DNA of 64,000 nucleotides from Utricularia gibba (Eukaryota > Plantae > Magnoliophyta): contig NEEC01000004.1 of the NCBI GenBank assembly GCA_002189035.1, forward strand, positions 2,852,001-2,916,000, in the 5' to 3' direction. How positions within the stretch are numbered: the first letter of the stretch is position 1; the number at the start of each line of letters is the position of its first letter. The notes under the pieces were generated by a model. It saw only the letters and a list, made by a program, of their open reading frames with translations, ran no database searches and was not told the origin of the DNA. Made by a program: the position numbers and the translations under genes. Positions 1 to 12,565 of this stretch are shown here, in pieces.

Positions 1-688
1 TGAGACCAACCTTTGATTCTCTCACACTCCCTTTGGGTTATGTGATACTAAAAATCACGTTGGTAAAGAGAACGTTGCGAAAAACAGAATCAAACCTCAA
101 TTTAAATGTCGAAAAATATAGTCAAGTAGTCACACGTGCAGGACTTGCGCAAGCAACGCTACACAGCAGATCCTCATCCGCAAACGCCTATACGCGCAGA
201 CTCGACTCTAACATGAAAATAGACAGGAAAATAGGAAAGATACAAAGGAAAAGTGGTCAAAGACGTTTTTAATGGTTGAGAGGGTGGGGTATTTATAGGT
301 GAGTAGATCCAAGTCTTCGTATTGGACTTGTTTGATGAGTTTGGATAAGATGTTCTATCTAAATCTTTTATCTAAATCTTTGAAGATCATCTTCATATCT
401 CTATCTTATGCATGAATTTTGAACCAAATCTTTATCGTTTGACCAAGTCTTAGGCTGAGATTCGTGGCCCATCAAGTCCATAATTTGGTGGGTCTTGATT
501 TTTCCTCAAATTTATCCACAAATACCCTAAAAATCCATAAAATACACTTTCTGTTCAAAAAGATCAAAGTAGTATGAAAGATACAAAATCAAATGAAAAT
601 AATGAGAAAGTGGGATCTAAGATAAGTAAAAACAATATTCAAGAGTAGTGGAAGAACATGTTTTGGAATGATGTAAAATCACTTATCA
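1..688 (-). mobile_element. Partial LTR (window family B), cut by the window edge
   Basis: Reverse complement starts TGATAAGTGATT at 688. Positions 1-210 are the reverse complement of ~52170-52375 (e.g. GCGGATGAGGATCTGCTGTG, CTTGCGCAAGTCCTGC, GAATCAAAGGTTGG). Confidence 0.7.
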
Positions 689-2169
689 AACTTTTCATTG
701 GATATAGCATATACTACTTGATTGAATTTTTTCCTCAGTCTTTCATTATAAAAAATAGTCAAAAGATTGGAACATAGATGTCGTATAGAATGGTGATGAC
801 ATTCACCATATTTTTATCTACAAGGCAACACTTAAAATGATGTTTTTTAATTGATTACACCAGATACATCTCTTATCTAACAAGATTCATAATATGATTT
901 AAAAAGAAGAGAAAAAAATATACTTTACTCGATAGAATGTTCAATATGATAATGATTACAGTGAAAAAGGACAAGAAACCTACTAAAAAGAGGATGTGGT
1001 TCATTACTTATTTGATATTAATAAAAGATATGTATGTAAATATATTAATTATTCCAAAATTTGTAGATAAGTAAAAAAAAATTGTAAATGTTTATTAGCA
1101 ATAAAACTTGGTCGTAACTCTAGATTTCATCTGTATTTTATATTATTTAAAAATATAATTTTCTATAAATTTTGAAAAATTAAATTATTATAAATTATTG
1201 TATTTAAAATTATGTAAAATATAATAATAAATTTAAGAAAAAGGTTACAATACTGTTTATATTCTTCAATATCTTGTATAGCACTATTGAAATTGAAATT
1301 GAAATTTTGATTATTTTCTTCTTCAATGGTTGGTGTGGCATCAACAAATAAATCAAGCCCTATTGCGACATGCAATGGGTTGAAAATATATAGCAAATTA
1401 ATATTAGATCCAAATCTCATTAGTCTAATAAATTTCTATTTAATGTTGATCGATTTGTAAACTACAAAATGATGATATTTGACTCTTCAATTCATGAAGC
1501 TGTAATAACGATTGGAGTTTAATCATATGCCCAATATTCATTGTGATTTCTAGTATATTTTCACCCAATAAATTTGTGCTATAACTGATTGAAAAGTCAT
1601 ATTGATGAAAGTAACACAATATGTTGTGAATGCATTTTTAAAATGATGACAAAATTTCTTTTTAAATAAATGAAAAAAAAAGAATAATCGAAGTAAAGAA
1701 TATAAAAATTAGGAAAAATATGTTTGAAGATAAAGAATAAATAAATAAATAAATAATATTTGAATATAGAGAATGAAAAAAAAAGAATTTTTAAAATAAA
1801 GGATAATGCCAGTTTTTTTATAAATTGACTAATTTTTAAAACATTGAAAAATATTTGAATTAATACAAAATTTTTTAATTATACTATATTTTAAATCTAA
1901 ATTGTATTTCTTATTAAAAAATATATATTTATTTCAATAATAAAATAAGAAAATAGAACATAAATATTTTTTTATATTTATTTGTGTACTTATTATGTAG
2001 TAAAATGTTTATTAAAATTATTTATTTATGTTTGCATATAAATAATAAAAAAAATTGTATAAAAAAATTTTATTTATTGATTTATAATATATCATTTTCT
2101 TCATCTATGTACATAAATCATTCAACACAATAAGTTATAAATCATGAAAAATCCAATTGTTGTATACAA

Positions 2170-4700
2170 GAGTAGGTATCGTGGTTATAATAAAGATTCA
2201 ATAGCTTTTTACAATTATCAATGTGATTCAACATTTGCAAATTTGAAGATATAACTCTATGAATTGCTAGATCTTGATCCATTGGAGTACGCTCTCAATA
2301 TTTCTACATGTACATAGATCTAACATCAGATTATGATGTTATGTTTCTACACCATTCCAATCACTATGGAATGAGCTTTGATATATTTGCTTTTAGTGAT
2401 GCGCATATAACACTAACGATGGGAATATTCAATCTAAACTGATCATATGCTAGCTATTCTTATGAATACAAATACTTGATGTATGGATTGAGTAATACAA
2501 ATTCATTGGGGATGATATAATGTATTCTACAGGAGAGTATCAAGCTATTTACAATGGTGAAAATCATAGCTCAGAAGAATCTCACCATTTTGAAGATCAT
2601 ATGATGGATAGTTTTGCCAATTGTGATCATGATTGTCATTTACAAGGAGAAGAGCAATCATACCATTGGGTTCCAAACGAATTTGTATGAAATGTAGCCA
2701 AAAACGTATATGCTTAGAAGGATGAAAATGACGAGATACTATATCAATTGGTGAAAGTCAATTATTTCTCGACAAAGAATCATTCCGGTTGGTTGTTCTT
2801 GATTACTCTTGATAGATAGGTCATGAATTTCATGTTATAGATAGTGATCCCACACATCTTGAATTACATTGCTCTCTAGGAGCAACCCAAGACTGTAAAT
2901 GAAGAGTTCGAGCAGGATGATCCAAAAGATATATGACATAGAAAATCTCTACTCTTGAAAAGTTTTACACATATAGATATCTCGGCCCTAGTTTATTTAA
3001 CCATAGAAATATTGGACCAGAATATATAACAAGAATAGCAATTTCTTTTCTCACAAAGAATATACGAACGAATGTCATCCCAATCCAAATAACAATTGAT
3101 ACATACACTGATTGTGCTATTCTATATCATCAAGTATAGTATGGAGTATGACGAGGATTTGAATTATTATATAGAACTTGGGAGTCATCGGTACAAAAAC
3201 TCCCTACTTTTCTACAAGAGATAATGATCCATAATTTAGGATCAATTGTTAAGTTCTAGAATAAGCCTAAAGACATATTACATTTTGTTTTTTGGTCCTT
3301 GCATCAACGCTTATCAGTGGTACTATCGAGTTATATCTGTTGATGCAACTCATCTTTATAGAAAGTACAATCACAAAAAGTTAATTGAGGTTACAATAGA
3401 TGCAAGTGGTCTTCTAATTCCATTTGCTTTTCGTAGTTGATGATGGTGAAAATGACAACTCATGGTTATTGTTCATTGATTTTTTAGCATGCTGCATTAT
3501 CATAAATAGAGTAACTTGTCTTATTTCAATTGTTGCTCTTCCATAATGGAAGCAACAAAACTTGTACCAGATTTCAATTGGCAACTTGAAGGATGAAATC
3601 GACATTATTTACAGCATTTATGACAAAATATTTATGACAAATAGCGAGCCACAACAATGAAGTATTTTTGTTGGAAGGCATGAACTGCAACATCTATATC
3701 AAAATTAGACTATTATATATCATTATTAAACGAACACAATGAATGAGTTTGGAACAATCTAGCTAAAATACTACTTGAGTAGTGACCTCTATCGCATGAT
3801 AGTGGTAAAAGATAAATAATTAATAAATTAAATTACAAATAAAAAATAATTGCTGCAACTCCTATTCGATAAAAAGTAATTTTTTTAATTAAAACTTGCA
3901 TTTTCTCTGTTAGATATGATACAATGATTATCAATCAAGTGGAATGTATGAATGATATTCTTTTAGGAAATCAACATATTTCTATTACAGTTTTAGCACA
4001 TGTATAATGTAAAATGAATTTTTTATGATTTATTGATTTTTAATATTAAATATATTATTTTCATCCTTTATAGACAACATTTTCTAGGTGTTAAAAATCC
4101 TTTTTTGATCCATTAGCCAATGCAGTCTCAAAAGAAACGTAATATTTGATATGTTGATAAACCAAGAAAGCTTTTACAACTTTGGGATAGAGCAACTTTG
4201 GAATAGAGCAAAATACATTGGTGCTCCAAAAAATACATCGTTCGAATACATGATAGAACTTGTGAGTATAGAAAATAACAAAATTATGAAATTCCTTGTT
4301 CACATGCACAATAGGTATATTTAATTATTTGAATATCTTGATATAAAAACTTTATAAACAATTTTCTTATTTTGAGATTTAGGCATGCAAGAAATTGGGG
4401 GTTGATGCTATTAATTATGTTGACCAAATGTTTGAAATTGATAGGTAAATCTCCACTTATTAAGAACAATTTGCACTTTCACATTTGGAGAACTAGTGGG
4501 CTGCATCCCCTTTGATACTTGTATATGATCCAAGCATAAAAAAAGTGGTATATCCTAACGTTTAAAGGTATATATGATTTCAAGCCACTTCTTTTTATCA
4601 AGATGCAGAACCAAGTTTCTAACAACCGCGATCATCAATACAAAAGGCCATCTCAATGATGGAATTATGTAGCTGATATCGCAGGACCATCAACACAACC
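2170..4700 (+). mobile_element. Decayed MuDR/Mutator transposase remnant
   Basis: VISVDATHLYRKY..KLIEVTIDASG..IPFAF (3330-3435) matches the MULE DDE motif. It is followed by a GENDNSW-like block and a SWIM-adjacent ACKKLGVDAINYVDQMF block (~4380-4440). Many stops; TIRs not found. Confidence 0.7.
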
Positions 4701-5599
4701 AATCTAACAATAATTGATTTTCAATAAACTTTTTCCCGAGTTTGGGCAGAAATTTTAATGATGGTTTAAGGAGTTTATATCTAAAAATAATTTATAAATA
4801 AAAAATATTTCCAATTTGCTAATAATGGCAATTCAATTCAATAAAGAAAACAAATAAATTTTTAGGCATACTTCAATATCCATTAGGATTTTTTAGTAGT
4901 GAATATAGTTTTATAATTTTTGAGGTAAAAATAAAAATATGTTGAAATACTAAGTGCAATATTTATAAATTTGTGAAGTAGTTTGGTAGAAGTACCTATA
5001 ATTCAATTAATTATATTTTACTCTCATATTTGTGAATTCATAATATGGATTTAGCATTACTTTTTTATATAATAAACTAGTAAATTGTATAAGTATGAAA
5101 GTTAAACATTGTCAAACTAATATAAATGTTTATATAAATATTTACAAAAGATAATAATGTTTTCTTTCATATGAATAGAAAATTATGATTTCTTGACATT
5201 TTGATAATTAAAATTAATTATTCTTCATATCATTATCTTAAATAATCTGATATATTTCTTTTATAATCAATAATATAATAGTATTGTTTCAAATTTTTGT
5301 AAAAAAAACAACAACACGAATTACATGTGTAATATAGTTCCTACATTTATTTAGCATATGACATTTGTAATTCTTGATTTTTTTTCATATCTAAATTTAT
5401 ATAATAAGGATAGAAATATAGTTACATTATAATATAGTCTAATTTTTTAAAAATATATTCCAAATACAATTAAAATAAAACTAATTCAATAAAATAAAAT
5501 TAAAAATAAAAGATATATAAATTGTCACATAATATATACAATTGTCTACTTTTCTAAAATAACTTTTTAGTAGTGTCTATATTTTTACTTGATCCAAAA

Positions 5600-6935
5600 A
5601 AAAAACTCCTACAAAAAAAGAATACAATCAATAACCTTAAATAGGCACAACTCAACAACAAAAATGGTATTGGCATCAATGTGAATGTTGAGTATGGGAT
5701 GACTTGGAAGTTGGATCCTTCCTCAACATCTTCAACAGCCTCCATCAAGTTAGGGAAGACAAAGTCCCTTTTGACTTGGAGCTTGTGGCATTAATTTTTT
5801 GGAAGACGTTCAATTGGATTAATAAGCTCCCCCATGAGCGTTTTCATGTCCACTAGGCCAAGCATATCTCTCAAATTGACAGAGAGGCAAAGCCTTTGTA
5901 AATATATTAGCACTTTGCTCTTCTGAGGAACAGTATACAAAGTTTAATTCCTTGTTTTTCTATCTCTCACTAATGCAATGATTCTTGACAGAGATGTGTT
6001 TTGTTCTTCCATAGAACAACCAAGACTTTGATCATTGCAATTGCACTTTTTGACCATCTCACAAAGCTTCATTGCTTGAAGATATGCTGCTCTTTGGACT
6101 GCCCATATGACGTTGTCTTCACCATTAAACTTCCATATCGCACCTGATTGGCACGAAGCTTTGATATCACTTGACAATTGGAAAGGATGAGATAAATCAA
6201 AGAATCACTCATGAGTTTTGCAAATATTCAAGAAAACATACTGGTTTGGGACAGAAAATGAGATAAAAATCTGACGTTGTAAGAGAAAAAAGCTACTGTA
6301 AAATTAAATACATTCAATGGCCTTAAATAGACACAACTCAACAATTGAGAATAAGTGCGAGAACCAAAGGATTTCTCCTAAGTAACTTTTTCGCATTTTA
6401 CACTATAAACTCTCCTTGATAATAAGAAAAAGTAGCCTTTGAGCTTCTCTCTTTGGATGTTGCATTGGTCTCCATTTCATTCCTCACCATACTCGTCAGA
6501 TCAACTAGGACGCATCGTAATTGTAGCTTAGTCTCAATAAAGCCTTGGTGCTGCATTTGCATCCGAGGATCACTCAATACTCATTCCAAAGCTTTTTGCA
6601 AAGTTGCCTGTTTGTGGAGTACTTCATCATATAGTGACGGATATCTTCTTTGAGTGTACCTCCAAGATCCAACCAAGAATCCTTCCAGAATTGCACTTGT
6701 GATCCATCCCCCATGAATGTTCAAACCATTTGTTGATATTGGTGCATCGTGCTCTTCCCTTATTATTTCCTGTAAAGAGGCTATTCGGCCCCCTCCTTTC
6801 TCACAAGAGGTCATAATTGCTCTAGCATTTTGTACACATATATTGGTACCTGAAAAATTGAGAAATGATAGCCATGCTTAATAGACCAAGTCCCTTTTCA
6901 CGTGAAATCGTGGCATTAATTTTTGGAAGACAATG
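5600..6935 (-). mobile_element. Internally deleted, decayed Ty1/Copia derivative
   Basis: Degenerate tRNA-Met PBS (AGTGATATCAAAGC, ~6157-6171) after ...TGTCA. RNase H tail motifs KSAIAMIK, YGRTKHISVK and EEQSANIFTKALP at 5860-6060; polypurine GGGGGAG at ~5826-5833. Shared LTR-like blocks at 5762-5806/6888-6931 and 5636-5660/6321-6345. Confidence 0.5.
6480..6860 (-). mobile_element. LINE (L1-like) ORF2 C-terminal fragment
   Basis: MGDGSQVQFWKDSWLDLGGTLK matches the plant LINE post-RT motif (GxGxxxxFWxDxW) and resembles 19330-19450 of the LINE in this window. Confidence 0.55.
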
Positions 6936-7264
6936 CACAACAGTTAAACGTGAACGGTGCCCTCCTTCCTGATTTTCATGGTACGATTCTTGATGTTGGA
7001 GAAGAAGTTGGCGGTAGCTAGTCTTGCAACGGCACTAGTATGATACACCGCGTTATGTGTGTCAGATCTGTTTACGAATTTGGGTTTCTGTACAAATCTT
7101 GCATAATCAAAACCATTTATCCTGGATTCCACCAATCAGCATGTAACACAGGTGACACTGAGGGGAAGGCAACAAACATCCCAACACCACACGAAAACCC
7201 AAATGCAGAAATGAAGCAAAGGAAAGTGCAAAGTCGGGTAAGCGAAAACAAGGCAAGTCGGCAA

Positions 7265-8597
7265 TCAGCAAACAAATGAAGAATCAACGTAATCATCACT
7301 GCAATAGAGACCAGGTCGCTGACTGAAGCCTTGACTCTTCAGCAGCTCCCTTGCCTTGGTAACCAGCTCTTGGTTGCTCACTGCCCCATTCGATTCCGCA
7401 ATTATCCTCTGAATCGCATTACTCAGAGCCCCATAAGCTTCACCTCCAGATGGTTTAGCATCAGCTGATGTTTGATCAGATTGGCACCCACTGATCAGAA
7501 CCCCACAATCGGGTAATCCCCTTTTCGTGGCACCAGCATATGCTTCTTCCTTCTTCCCAACCGGCGTTTCCAATGCAGGTTTCACATAACCTCCATCGTT
7601 GTCTTCCAGTTTGCTCTGCAAAAACTGCATAGCTAATCCACCCCATCCCATCATCCCAACGCCACCACTTCCCTGACCACCACCATCTTGACCCTGTAGC
7701 TTACTGAAGATGAGGTTCATGAATTTCTTTACTTTAGGGCTCGCTTCGTCCCCGAATGCATCAAAGAGGGTAGGTCGCACATTGCCCACATCTATATCAT
7801 CTTTACCTGTTTTTTGCTTGAGTAGGTCGATTAGAGTTGATAGTGGGAGAGATTTATCCTTAATGTGGTACCCTTCTGGTTGGTGTTGTTCCTCGTAGTA
7901 TTCTTGTTGCTGGTGACGCCTGTGGTGATGGCTATGCCCCAGCTCCGGTGGAATGTGGACACCGCGAGATTCGATTGCGTCGGTGACGGTTTTACGAAGA
8001 AAGTTACCGAATCCGAAAGCGGATTCGCCACCTCCTCCATCCGATTGCTTCGTGCTGTGACCGATCTGCTCCTTGGCTTCATCGATCAGTCCTCCACTGT
8101 GACAAGAATCGGAAACAATCGTGATCTTGCACCCTTCCGGCACCTTCTCCACAAGATGTCTGAAATCGTCATCTGTGCAAAATGCCCAAATTCAGATAGG
8201 ACAATCTCCAATGCCCTAAATCTACAAATCAGGCAATATTTAAAGATTTACCGGTGATGAGATTCATGTCAGTGGGAACAATGCACTCATCGTAGCCTGT
8301 ATCATCATCCTCGCCGCTCTCCGCCGGGAGACGAGTGCCGTGTCCACTGTAGTGAACGAAGAGAAAATCTCCGGAGCGTGCGGATTCGACGAGATCAGCG
8401 AGAGCAGCGCGGATGTTCCGCCCGGTTGGCTGCGTGTAGGAGTCGTCGGTGTCGATGAGCACCTTGATGTCCTCCTCGGCGAATCCGTAGCGCTGGACGA
8501 GGCAATCGTGCATACGGCGGACGTCATTGATGCAGCCGCGGAGCTCGGCCTTGGTCCCCGGATAGTTGCAGCCGATGAGAACCGCCTTTCTCGCCAT
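7265..8597 (-). CDS. MC4: Type II metacaspase (AtMC4-like), 2 exons, 417 aa
   Basis: Exons 8597-8252 and 8172-7265; 79-bp GT-AG intron; 1254 nt. Begins [26 protein letters not shown]. Catalytic His (HYSGHG) and Cys (SDSCHSG), KDKSLPL autocleavage site, LISGCQ and QRPGLYCSD motifs. Symbol denotes the clade, not proven orthology. Confidence 0.97.
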
Positions 8598-9089
8598 CCG
8601 TTCCGACGAGCTCCGAGAGGAGTGTCGTCTGTAAAGTGGATGGTGGATATACCTTACGATTGATTGCGCCAACCGATAAGCTGTTAAAAACTGAACACTT
8701 TTTTGTGTTCTATTATTTTTTATTTTTCTAAAATAAAATATCTCATCATCCACACCGAAATATTTCTTCTGCTTCCATGACAAAGATATTCTTTTTTTAG
8801 GCTAATAAATTTGGCATAAATGCCATTCATTTTCAAAATTGAATACTCTTAAATGATGGGTGGATTTTGCTCTTCCTCCAATCGCCACCACACACGTCAA
8901 CACGCTTTAATAAAAAAAAGCCATAAATGTAGTCGATTCATTTTTTCTATACAAATATTATAAAAAAAACACAAATTGACCGTTTTTTTGTATAATTTAC
9001 GTAGATTATGATAGTGGGTGGTTATGATAGGTAAACATGTCTAAATGGGTTTTTTTTAATATGAAATTTAGTTTAAGAAAATAAAAGAG

Positions 9090-9420
9090 AGCTCATCAAT
9101 GGCCGAAGCTCATCTTGTATGAAGCACAATGAAGGATGCTGCCATTGCAATGAAAAAAAGAAGCATACAAAAGACAGTTTATTGGGGGCCGATCACGAAA
9201 CAGGCAACCCTTGTGATGAAAAACACTTGGCAGGCATGGGATCAGCTGTGGTCAGGCTTCTTCCACGGCGTCGAGCATCAAGGTATCGTCGATTGGTTGA
9301 ATGTCTCCGATTTGGAAGCGCCTAGCAGGAAGGCCTTCGTGCCTCATTCTTCTGGTGTAGAAATAATGTGCGGGATCCCTGGAATAAGCAGCAAGTATGC
9401 GTATGCCCAGGCCTGATAGC
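9090..9420 (+). other. GC-richer island; possible LINE RNase H-like (RVT_3) 3' remnant
   Basis: The spacing MAEAHL..AM...IQKTVY..QAW..GIVDW..E..RKAF loosely resembles the end of some plant LINE ORF2s. Weak, from memory only. Confidence 0.25.
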
Positions 9421-10525
9421 ACCGGGAAACCGATGGCGCATCCACCGGATCGCACAGGAAGCCCGAGGACACAGCCGTTTCCGGGATCAGCGACGCAACA
9501 GTCCATCGCCAGCTTGACTAATCGAGAAACTTCTGACACCTCTTAATCACCGATGTGCCTCTAGTCTCGAGACATGGGGTTTATGGAGTTAAGATCCTCC
9601 CTTATTAAGGAAACTTTCCTAAATTCAGCTCAATATGAAACTTTCCATCTTTAAATAAGCATTGAATATATAGAAATTCATATAAGGATTGGATTTATTA
9701 GACTCTACATCAATGTTTTAAAAACAGGTTAAATCTATTGAACTATTTAGTTCTGGATATGAATTTAACCATTTTTAGAATGAATTGAATTGAGTTTATT
9801 AATTTTGAATTATATTTATTACAATATTAGAATATAATTATAACATTATTATTTAATTCATCAAAATAGTGAAAATATAAAAAATTAAAAATATATTTAT
9901 AAACATTTGATATAATTACGTTAAAAAGTTTTATCAAAACCATATTTATTATATTATATTTCATTTAAATGATGTGTAATTTAAATACGAAGGAGTATTT
10001 TTTTATTATCAATTTAAATAAATAAATAAATATATGTATAATTATTAAAAATTTATTTAATAATATATATATATATATACATCAAATATTTATAACATAT
10101 TTTATATTTGTTTTTAACCATCTTCACTAGGTAAATAGTAAAAAATTAAAAAAAATAACAATAAAATAATGGTTCGAATCTTACCCCGTGCAACCATGGG
10201 TTTAACCCATGTTTTTAAAACACCACTCAACATCTTCAACTTCAAATAATACGATATTGATTGCATGTATTCAAAAAAGTGTGATTTGTCGAATTTTTAA
10301 AATAGAGAAATGAAGTATTATTTTTTAGATTTATCTTAAGTAACCCAAATTCATAAAGGCACATAGATATTTATTTTGTTTATTTTTCTGGCCCAATCGT
10401 CGCGTCTCGGAGCAAGGGAATTGCAGAACACCACCCAAGAGGAGCTTAGGGCTTGGGATCCATACCGAAGCTTTCGATTCTACGAATTGAAGATCGCTGA
10501 AGAAACTTGAGAATCCTTGAAAGGT

Positions 10526-12565
10526 ATGGCGTTGAAATTCTTGAACAAGAAGGGCTGGCATACGGGAAGTCTCCGCAATATCGAAAATGTGTGGAAGGCG
10601 GAGCAGAAGCACGAAGCCGAGCAAAAGAAACTAGAGGAATTGAAGAAGCAAATACGTGAAGAACGAGAGCGTGCGGGATTTCGCCAGCTACAGGAGGAAG
10701 CAGGCCTCATCTCGTAATATCTCCGCTTCGTTTTCAAGTTTTTGTCTTTGTTGGTTCTGGTTTAATTGAGGGGGCGGCGGGGGGAAAAGGAGCGGGGAGT
10801 TCCACGCTTTATTTTTCAGAGTTCTCGAATTGGGATTTCACTCTCGGCAAACAAATGCATTTAGTTAGGGTATTTGAAATTTGGAGCCTAAGTCGATTTT
10901 TGCTTTTCTTCATGTTTCTGGGATATTGACAATGGATAAGTCGGTATTGAATTAATTTTTTTTCTGTGTAGAAAGCAGGAGCGTTTGGAATTTTTGTATG
11001 ACTCTGGGCTAGCTGTTGGAAAGAGTTCTGGTTTCAAGACGCTAGAGGCTTTGCCTAAGACTGAGCAAGAGGCTACTCCATCATCATCTGCTTCTGCAAA
11101 GGTTCTTCATTTGATGGATGCTTTGCATTCCTAGAATTGTTGGTTATATTTTTGTAGTTTCTTAAAAGATTTACAAATTTTTTTCTTTATGGCAACAGGA
11201 GTCAGCGGGGCCGGGTGCTTTGTTTGAGGAGAAGCCACAGTCATCTAATGATGCGTGGAGGAAACTTCATTCGGATCCTCTGCTTTTGATTCGTCAGAGG
11301 GAACAGGAAGCACTTGCTCGTATAAAAAATAACCCTGTCAAGATGGCCATGATTCGAAAATCCGTAAGCCTCTGTGTACCTAACCTCGTAAAATCTACTG
11401 CCTTGACTGTTGCTTGAGTTCTGCTCAACATAGTTAAAAACATTTAGTTCACTTGAAACCTTGAAGTTATGAAATGTCTTCATTTGTTGTTAAACATGTT
11501 TTCTAAAGCCCCGTCACATCACCATATTCATCTGTTTATTCATGTCGTTCCAGTGTTTCTTGTTCATGGTCGTGCTGAATTTCTGTGTGGTCCAGGTTAA
11601 TAACCAGCGAGTGAGGTTTAAAATCTGGTTTTTCTAGAATATTATAGACTGGAATCATTATAAGGAGCTACTAGATTCTATGATTTTGTGAACTATGTAT
11701 TTGGTTTTCAAATTCAACCAGTACCTTCCTGTGAGTGTGACGTGACAGTAAGGTTTCTCTTCCCGTAGGCACTTGTGATGCTATCCATATTCTCCTTAGC
11801 TTGTACATTCATTTTAAATCTGATTCCATTTTACAGTCCGGATGTCCTTCTGTACAGCTTATCTTATCTAACTTTTGGAAGTTTCTAACTGATCTTCAGG
11901 CCGAATCAGAGATGGGAAAGAATAAAAAAGAGAAGAAAAGGAAAAAAGATGGAAAAAAATCATCGAAACATCGAAAACATTCATCTTCAGAGAATGACTC
12001 AGACCATGACTCCAGAGATGCCTCGCGGAGACCAGAAAAGCGAAGAGATGTTCATCCTGAGAAGCTTGAGAAGCACTCCCATAGGTTATCCCGCACATCA
12101 GATGATGAGGTTACATTGAAGCACCACGAGAGGGAGTACAGAACTGGAAGACACGGAGGCTATGCTCAAGATGAGGATCGGCAGAAAAGCAAGGGTAGCA
12201 GTGACAAAGACAGCCGTTATGGCACTTCTGCTAAGCCACCACAGTACGAGCCCAGAAGCACGCGCCGAAATCCAGTACAACTTTCAGAAGAAGAGAGAGC
12301 TGCTAGACTGAGGGAGATGCAAATGGACGCTGAACTTCACGAGCAACATAGATGGAAACTGCTGAAGAAAGCGGCAGACAAAGACAAGCAGGAGGCAGTC
12401 CATGATGAAGTTACCCGAGGTAGGAATTTCCTCGATGCTGTGGAGAAGAGTGTGTATGGAGCTGAGAAGGGCGGAAGCTTGACCATTGAGGAGAGTGTTC
12501 GCCGGAGAACACACTACTCCCAGGGGCGATCTGCAACCGAAACCAATGCTTTTCGGCGGTCTTGA
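10526..12565 (+). CDS. CWC25: Pre-mRNA splicing factor CWC25 homolog, 4 exons, 382 aa
   Basis: Exons 10526-10713, 10972-11101, 11199-11363, 11900-12565; all GT-AG; 1149 nt. Cir_N-type start MALKFLNKKGWHTGSLRNIENVWKAEQ, then QERLEFLY and WRKLHSDPLLLIRQRE, and a Lys/Arg/Ser-rich tail. Confidence 0.93.

Noticed and set aside
4890-5575. Two TTTTTAGTAGTG CACTA-like right termini (ending 4901 and 5575)
   Set aside because: No matching CACTA left end or 3-bp TSD found.
5762-6931. 45-bp duplication read as a LINE target-site duplication
   Set aside because: Too long and diverged, no poly(A) tail, and the enclosed DNA includes Copia PBS/RNase H/PPT; better explained as LTR blocks.
7831-8663. ORFs of 83-130 aa overlapping the metacaspase on the opposite strand or in other frames
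   Set aside because: Shadows of a GC-rich coding region; no recognisable motifs.
8598-8783. N-terminal extension of the metacaspase ORF (MSWKQKKY...)
   Set aside because: Type II metacaspases start at M(A/T)xKAVLIG; the upstream part is AT-rich promoter/UTR sequence that happens to be open.
10170-10197. GGTTCGAATC...ACCA tRNA T-loop-like motif
   Set aside because: No A-box, D-arm or anticodon arm upstream; the flank is AT-only.
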